Source: Ptychomitrium polyphyllum (Eukaryota). From it: DNA of 64,000 bases. The notes below the pieces were generated by a model that had not been told where the DNA came from, ran no database searches, and was given only the letters and a program-made list of their open reading frames with translations. Position 1 is the stretch's first letter, and every line of letters begins with the position of its first letter. A program made the translations under genes and the position numbers. Below, one piece after another: positions 55,994 through 64,000 of the stretch. Location of the stretch: positions 8,742,001 through 8,806,000 of the forward strand of contig OZ316775.1 in NCBI GenBank assembly GCA_973851085.1, read 5' to 3'.

Positions 55994-57705
55994 TTCTATT
56001 AGCTACTCGAAGGAAGTGTACACTCTTTCGCAGAGAGAATTCACACCCACCATGTATCTTGAGTATCCGGGAGTAAAACCCAGCTTCGTATTTTAGAGGT
56101 TCCTTCACTCAACCGACACCTTCTTTTGACTAGATTTGGGTCTATGTTTTGCTGACGTTAGTTTGAATTTGCAATTAGAGACTCGAAATCTAGCCTCTGG
56201 GGCTGACGTGGCCTGGTAATTTTCGCCTTAGTACATGTGTGGGTGTGGATTCTTCCCACCCTGAGCACCAGGTTTTGTTCTCTGTGTCAATACTTGAGAT
56301 AGGATCCCAAAATACTAGCGAGACTAAGTGTCTAGTATGAGGCATATTATTCTCAAATCTTGTTCCAAATTTTGAAACTGTACGCTGTTTGCTGTAAGAA
56401 GATAAATTTATAACCATTTATAAGAAGTTTGGAGTTATTTACAGCTTGTTGAAACACTACAAAAACACTCCCCTCACCTTCTAACATCTTCACCTTCTCG
56501 CATGTCCACTCGTATTCTCTCGCTCAACAATCACACATGGGCCCAAACTTGTCTGCATCACATGCATAGTTAATCAATTCTAAACGTAAAGATGCAAAAT
56601 TAAAAATTTCTAAGCATTAGAAAGTGCCGTCCACGACGCCAGAGTTTCTACTTCTCCCTTGCAAAGAAGAAATTCTTGATGATTGCCGATTGTACTCCGC
56701 TCATGACGATCTCCTCTATCACCTTTCCCCGAAAGTCATCAGCTCACAGAAAATTCTGCTTCCAGAATATGCCTGGCTACCAATATACAAACACCACAGT
56801 GAAAATACTGCTTCCAAATTGGACCTAACCACCAAAAGCCCAACATTGCAGAAAGCCTGCCGAAGCGGAGAATAGGACTCAAGAAGCGACCTAAGCAGGG
56901 AGAAGTTTCTTCGAAGTCTAGACCTGGCTCCCAATGACTATAAACATGGCGCACTAGAGCTTCTGCTCGAGTCCTTCCAAAGTTGAGCGCGGCATTCAAG
57001 AGAGACTAATACTCCATTCTGTTAAAGCTATCTGAGGCCGGGAATACGGGGCAGTGTAAAAGGAAGCTAATTTAAGCCTTTAGGTGCGAGAGAGATGGAT
57101 ATGGCCCGTGAGAAGAGGCACCCCAGTGGGCGAAATTCTGATTACAACTCTCTGCACTCTGCTTTTACACTCTTGTCTACGACTTGGCTCCCTTTAGCAG
57201 CCATCTCCACGTTTCCACCTGGGAACAAGTCCTCGTCGCATGCATGCAGTCAATCTCTCTAACAACACCACCAACCAACTTGTGTGCAAAAAATGTGCGC
57301 ATTGCAGTCGTAGGGGCATGCTTCTAGTCTTCAAGTTCCTCTAACCCTGTGAGAATTCGTGTGCAGAGTTCCTCTTTGTGTCAAGTTGAGGTGAGCTTTG
57401 CATCTTTCATTAGCCTTGTAGGGTAGTGGGATGTGAGTGTGATGATTCTATGCATTGTGGTTGTTGAGGTTACGTTGGTTTAGGTTTTGGTTGGGTATCT
57501 GAAGATGAGGCTATTAGCTCATTTATCACGAGTTTAGTACGTCAAAAGGTTTTTTGGGAGTAGACATTGTGGTTTGGGTAGCAAAGGAGCTGATCATGCG
57601 AGGATGTGTTGGCGTTTGTTGGTGAATTGTTCAAGGTGGAGCTTGAAGGTTCGAGACTGTTTGTTAGACCAACATTGGTGAACCAAGTGGGCTGGGAGTT
57701 CAGGG

Positions 57706-60700
57706 ATGGAGGAGGATAAGGCTGCCAGAAGTGAGGGCCCAAGGAGGGTCGTCGTCTCTATTTCTGCAGGCGCCAGCCACACTATTGCCCTTCTTTGTAA
57801 GTGATTATCTTCCCTACATCAGCATATTGAAAGGGAACGAGAGAAGTATTTCTAATCAAGCAGTTTGGGGAATCCGATTGAGATCCTCCCTTTTGGTACC
57901 CAATTCGTGCAATAGTATGGTCAAGTGTGTGAAGAAGTAATTAGAGTGGGTAGGGCACTCTTGTGAACCCAAGTTTCTTTGCCTGCACGCCACTGGAATT
58001 TTCTGTTGGTAGTACTCTTCTTCTGAACTTAGCGTGATACTTGTCACTTGGGTGCACCGTGGTCTAAGCAAGAAAGATCAAACTATTACACTTGCTCTCT
58101 ATTTCATGTGAAAGGGATTTGAAGGAGGTGCACTGCTGTTTACTTATTTAACATAAAACTATCAGTTTTGAAATAAGAGTTTAGTGGGAGCAGTAGGACA
58201 AGGTTGTTGAGTAAGTTGTGCTTCACAAAAATTGAGACATTTTTTCTAGGGTGTTGCACAGCTGGCGATGTGGTTTGTTCATGGGGTCGTGGTGAAGATG
58301 GGCAGCTTGGGCATGGAGATGCTGAAGAGAGACATTCGCCCCTTATTATTAGTGCACTCAATGATTTGGAAATATCCTCTATTACTTGTGGAGCTGACCA
58401 CACTACTGCTCGGTCTGAGTCCACGAAAACTGTGTACAGCTGGGGTTGGTGAGTAACACTGCATTTTTTGGTGCCTTAACACGTGTTATGTTTTGTAGTC
58501 TGGGCTTATGCATTCTAATAAATTTTGATAAGAATTTAATAGTCTGGATTTCAAACGTTTGTATCGCAGGTCTGTTTGGTACATGTAAATGGACGTAAAC
58601 ATAGAATTGTGCACTTCGATCTTATTTTTTTCAAACGCTTGGTACTATGTCAATTCGTATCGGGGGTTCTGTTTCCAGGGGAGATTTTGGAAGACTTGGG
58701 CACGGTAACTCGAGCGATTTATTCATTCCTCGCGCTATCAGGGGGCTCAACGGTCTTGAAATCAAACAGATAGCTTGTGGTGACAGCCACTGTCTTGCTA
58801 TCACAGGTGACGGCGAAGTTCACAGGTATTTTTGCAGCTCTGACTCTTAGAGTTCACATTCATGATAAAAATTTGAAGCATATCATTAGTATTTGAGTTT
58901 GATATGAACAGAAGTTACAGATTTCACCATTCTTTTCACTTCTACTAGTTAGATATGACATAGATTTGGCACTACTCTGGCTTGTTGTGCAGCTGGGGTC
59001 GGAACCAAAATGGGCAGCTTGGTCTTGGACACACAGAGGATGTGTTAGTTCCTAATAAAGTTGCAGCGTTTGAGGTTCCTCTCCCCCCAGTGTTATCATT
59101 TCCTTTATTGACCAAATCGTGATTTCATTTGTATGCGAAATACCTGACAAATACCCTGGTTGATGAATATTCTGGTTGATGCAAACCATGGTTTGTGTGC
59201 ATAGGGTATGGTGGTGAAGATGTTGGCAGCAGGGGCAGAACACACGGCAGCAGTGACAGAGAATGGGAAGCTGTATGGTTGGGGGTGGGGTCGTTATGGG
59301 AACCTTGGTCTAGGTGATCGAAATGACCGCCTCGTTCCTGATGAAGTTGCTGCCGTTCCTGTATGTTATTTATCTGACATCTTTTACACTCGTCTCTTTG
59401 TTTCAGCATTGTGTACTCGTTCTATTTGGAGAACAGTACCCTTTAGCATTGAAGCACTGCAGTCTTATAACATTTTTCCGTCAAATTCCAAGTCATTCAC
59501 GCAACTCGTGAACTCCCAAAGTGTAACATGTGGCTACTTTCATCCTCTCTTTAGCTTAAGACTGCAGCCAAAAAAGACAGAACGGAATTATGTTAAATGT
59601 GGCCGTTTAATATCGTTTAGTTCTTTGTTAAGCCATCAGTCAACTTCTGTTCAGTATCGGTTAAGAGTGCGGAAATTGAAAGGAAGCTGTGTACTAATAG
59701 AATAGAGCTTGAATAGGCCGTCTACCATAATAGCTGTAAAATATTTTCAATTAATGACTTAGTTTGGCTTTGTTCGGATTCCAGGGTGAGAAAATGAATT
59801 TGGTAGCTTGTGGGTGGCGACACACGATTGTGGTTGCTGATTCGGGGAAATTGTATACATTTGGATGGAGTAAGTATGGGCAACTAGGTCATGGTGATTT
59901 TGAGGATCATCTTGTGCCGTTTCAAGTTCAGGCCCTGAAAAATAAGCGTATTCAGGCTGTAAGTTCACTTACAATGTTCTCATTCTAATCAGTGATCTTT
60001 GTGGTAGGTTCTGCGTCATTATAAAATGTCACAATTCACGTACCATTGGCTTGTCTTGCCATCTGTTCTTGGTTTTTGTTCACACTGTGACCGACCAACT
60101 ATGAAGCTTTCTTTCATTCTGAACCAGGTTTCGGGAGGATGGCGACATACAGTAGCATTAGATGAAGATGGGCAGCTGTATGGATGGGGTTGGAACAAGG
60201 TAACAAACATACTTTTAAAATACTTATACCATTATATTTCTGAGTATTGATTTGAAGATTTGTGTTCTTTTATTGTTAATGCTTTGTAAATGTATGTGCG
60301 ATTGTGGTTGCTTGCCTGATCAGCGATGGCCTGTCTTGGTGTGTTGCAGTTTGGTCAAGTCGGATGTGGAAATACCAATAATCAGAACTCCCCAAAATTA
60401 GTAACTGGCATTGACAATCAGGTAAGTCATTCGTCATCTGAATTCGTACCAACCTTCAATGAAGGGACGACAATCCTCATTATAACAGGATTGGTTCTGA
60501 ATGTACAGAAAGTTACACAAGTTACGTGCGGGTGGAGACATACTGTGGCAATGACCGACAGAGGCAATGTTTATAGCTGGGGCCGGGGCACAAGTGGTCA
60601 GCTAGGTCATGGCGATGCTGCTGATAGGTGCTTCCCTGATAGGTGCTAATAGTGTTTTTTTATAAAACTTCATCCTTATTTATTATTTATCACCTTTTTC

Positions 60701-61668
60701 TCCTCTTTCTTTAACATCTGACCATTTGCTGCTAGTAATCAAATCAACATATCTCATTAGTTGCTGGTGAAAGCTATTCATCTGGATGAAAATTCCAATA
60801 CTTTTCTTGGGTTGAACGAGGCTCTGCTTACCTTTTTCGTTCCTTAGGTGTGTTCCCAAGAAAGTAGAGCTCCTAAGTGCAGACGGCCTCGCTTGTCAAA
60901 ATATTGAAAGATCTTCATCTGGGAACTGTGCAGGTATATCATTGAAGCTCGTTCTTGAGTAGAAATCTTATGTTCGTTATTCATTAGGGTTAACCTAATG
61001 TTTAGTGCTCATTGTGTTAACCAAAAACCCAGAAATGTTTTCTGGCCGTTCGGGGTTTTCACCGTTTTTGCTCTGACCGGTATATTCCCTCTGATGCAGC
61101 CTCCGATTATATTTCGCCTGCTGAGAGATATGCTGTAGTACCTGATGAGAAAATGGGTCCACTTACCAACCGGTTTCACCAAACCAATTATGTGAGTTGC
61201 AAACCCAAAACATCAGAAATTTTACATCTGAACTCCTTGTCTTTTTGCTGAGATGTTAGAAGACTTTATTATTTGCCTTTTCGTATATAGCATGAGCGCA
61301 TCTATAGAATGCTTTTATAGTCTATGTCGGTAGTCAAGATTGGTGGTCCACTCTTGGAATAAGTTGCCATTTTCATGTCTGACTACATGAAACAATCATA
61401 TTGTTTGTATCATGTCTATCATTCTGATTTGGTGACTAACCAGTTAGGTCAAGCTTTGGTAATGTGCCCTTATTATTTTGCTTGATGTGCATCTGGGTTT
61501 GATTACCAAACCTTGAGCATAGAGGGAAGACAGCCCCTAACTGATTGGTGTGGTTGAGATTGGCAGATGGATGAGCAGACAGTCGTTTTTCCTGATGCAA
61601 GTATAGGATCAGCTAGTGCTCCACATGTGCTAGATCCTGATACGAAGCGGCTGCGTACAACCCGTTAA
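57706..61668 (+). CDS. UVR8: UV-B photoreceptor UVR8, about 459 aa, 12 coding exons
   Basis: RCC1 repeats, three GWRHT motifs (the W233/W285/W337 triad) and the C27 motif SPAERYAVVPDE. Exons 57706-57796, 58262-58448, 58679-58825, 58993-59074, 59205-59360, 59785-59958, 60128-60199, 60350-60421, 60509-60627, 60848-60933, 61100-61191, 61567-61668 total 1380 nt in frame. Confidence 0.96.
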
Positions 61669-63049
61669 TGAAATTTCAAATTTGAAATGGGATGAACGGC
61701 AGCTTTATCTGCAATCCCTGAGATCAATGTTCGTCCGTCCAAAATGGTTTGTTTTTGCAATAGCTCGAATCTCCTGCCATCTCCAGGGCCTCCATCGCTC
61801 GAGCACTCCTGTGAAATCAGTAGTATGTGCAGAACGGTTGGCAACCCAAATTATTTGTATTGAATAATATGCTTACAAGCATCCTTAGCTTCCCAAGTGT
61901 GTGTCTGTAGCAGCATGTATTGATACCGAATCCTTAACAGCTTGAATTTGAATGTTTCGATAATTGTTTTGTCACCCTGCAAACTCCAGACAAGTTGACT
62001 AGGATCAACTGATTGTAACGTATTTTTGTACAGCACAAACCTATGCTCATCGATTATCTCAGATTTTGCGCATATGTAAATGAATATTCAGTGCTGTTGG
62101 GGTTATTTTACTGCATCGAAGTTGCTTATAAAACAAAATAAAATAAACCAACACTGTATTTTGAATGATGCTTGCTACTGTGTCCGCTATAATAATGAAG
62201 ATACGCTACTGAAATTTCCTAACTTAACAACTTAGGTGGATTATGTATGTTATAATTTATGCATTATCAGTTCACGTTTATTTGAACTAGCATAATACAT
62301 GTTCATGTGGTTCTGGTCTTGAATCTTGATGTCATACATGCCGGCAACCTTGTCACACTTGGTACACGATCATTTTCATTATGCAGATAGAAAGAAATTT
62401 GTACTGATCGTTCTGCACTGGTCCATCATTTGTACAAGGCAGTTTTCATAGCATTCTTGAACTGTGTCTAGGGACGACCTTTTCGATACAAAGAGTGATG
62501 GTCCATCTTTCATTCTTTCAATGAAAAGTCAGCTGAGAAGTTCTGTGCCCAAATCTGCATCCATACATACATCAGGAATCACATCCTGCAATCACATACC
62601 ACGATTGTATTTAAGATATGATATCAATGTCAGGTAACTGTAGGTTTTTGCATAAACATAAATATGCTTGTTAAATTCATAAAAACACGTAATCCGAAAA
62701 TAGATGGTATTACACGAGTTGTGTACTGACCCACGCAAAGTAATTTGGAACACGTGCCTGCTTGAGGACCCTGTTTACTGTTTCCGTAAGGTGTAGAATC
62801 ACATATAGCTTCGGTGGATACAGAATAATACCTATATACACTTACATGATACCTGGGTCTAAACATGCTATCACAGGGTAGCGCAGCACCATCGTCGCAC
62901 AACATTGCAATATCAGCTAGGCATGGAAAGAAGGAGTTTTGCTGCGGAACGACAGTTTCCGGATATGAAAGTCTTTTGAAGATTATATGAAGATATTTGG
63001 AACGTGTGTATGTTAGGGTTAGGGCTCCTTTTCGTAGAGTTGAAGAATG

Positions 63050-64000
63050 TTATGAAACTGCGGTGGGACGGTGAAGTTTAGTTGTGTTTAGTTACTTCAG
63101 TGGACATGGTGTGGGAGGAGTGTGAGCTGTTGCAGAGCTAGCTTTGCAAGTGACGGGACAGGGAGCTCTGATATGAAAGTAAGTGCGAGCTGTCTTCGAG
63201 AGGAGGACCTCTTCTTGCTTCTTGCTATGCTTTGTGGCAATCGATGGGCTTTGTATGGTTAGGGTTTCTAGTGGTGTCTCTTCTCATCTTGGCGAGCCCA
63301 TCTTTTGGCAGGATTAGGCTCTGTTGCTCCATTTTTGGGTCCCAGTACTTGTTCGACAGGAATTCGTTGCTTGCGCATGTGTGTGATATCTGTGGGTGGG
63401 TGCACTTAGTGGAATTCGGGAGCGTTCTCCTCCGACACACAGAAACCCTAGTTAGGGCAGGCATTGATCAACAGAGGTGAATCGTTTCCTGTTTGGTCTC
63501 CAGGCGACTGTGAAGTAGGATACAGGAAGGCTTTAAGGTTTCGACAAAGATTATACAGCGAGTCGGGCAATGTATAGAAGTGTCGAGAATCACGACGTAG
63601 AGCACCAGTTAAAGTGATTTCTCTCTTCTCTGCACCCTTTTGCCTTCTGCCTTCTGCTGCAGCCAATGAGCTCAATGGCGATCGACCTTCGCTGTTTTCA
63701 AGCTTGTGGCTTGAAGGGACTGCAACCAAATGCCCCAAGCTCCTCACCATGTTTCATCTCCTTGGGGCCGCAAATTTCTAATTCAGGTATTCAGTTATCT
63801 TATCTTACTTCGTTGCGAATCCATATCAGTACCATCTTGTCTTATTTCCAGGGTTAATGTGAGGGCATTGGTTGTGAAATGGTAATCCTCTGATTGTTGT
63901 TCTTTGCAATGTGCTGTCTTGCAGGTTACTTTTCATACCCGTTGTGGCGGAAGAACGTTGCAGTCTCATGTAGAAAGTCCACAAGTTGCAGACGTTTGCA
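63050..64000 (+). other. Probable 5' UTR/first introns of a further gene that continues beyond the window
   Basis: Composition resembles the leaders upstream of UVR8 and mTERF; splice-like sites (CAG/GTATTC near 63786, TTGCAG near 63923); no recognisable CDS. Confidence 0.3.

Noticed and set aside
56624..56999. Overlapping 71-86-aa ORFs between mTERF and UVR8
   Set aside because: No ATG-led coherent model, splice structure or motif; likely UVR8 upstream DNA.

Overview
Eukaryotic, intron-rich land-plant DNA, most consistent with a moss such as Physcomitrium patens or a close relative (inferred from gene content, intron style and LTR-element type; not verified). Seven protein-coding genes can be rebuilt by hand from splice sites: a divergent remorin-family gene (-), an At2g24230-like LRR receptor-like kinase (-), the cohesin loader SCC4/MAU2 (-), a RALF peptide precursor (+), CDKA (-, 294 aa), a plastid-type mTERF (+) and the UV-B photoreceptor UVR8 (+). 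Between CDKA and mTERF lies a three-level nested LTR structure: a solo LTR, interrupted by an inverted solo LTR of the same family, interrupted by a full-length decayed Ty3/gypsy chromovirus. The chromovirus shows signs of tRNA-independent self-priming, a -1 frameshift pseudoknot and an extra 3' ORF. Next to it is a decayed intron-containing gene resembling DUF3504/Crypton tyrosine-recombinase proteins. No rRNA, tRNA or CRISPR features were seen. All homology calls come from motif recognition, not database searches.
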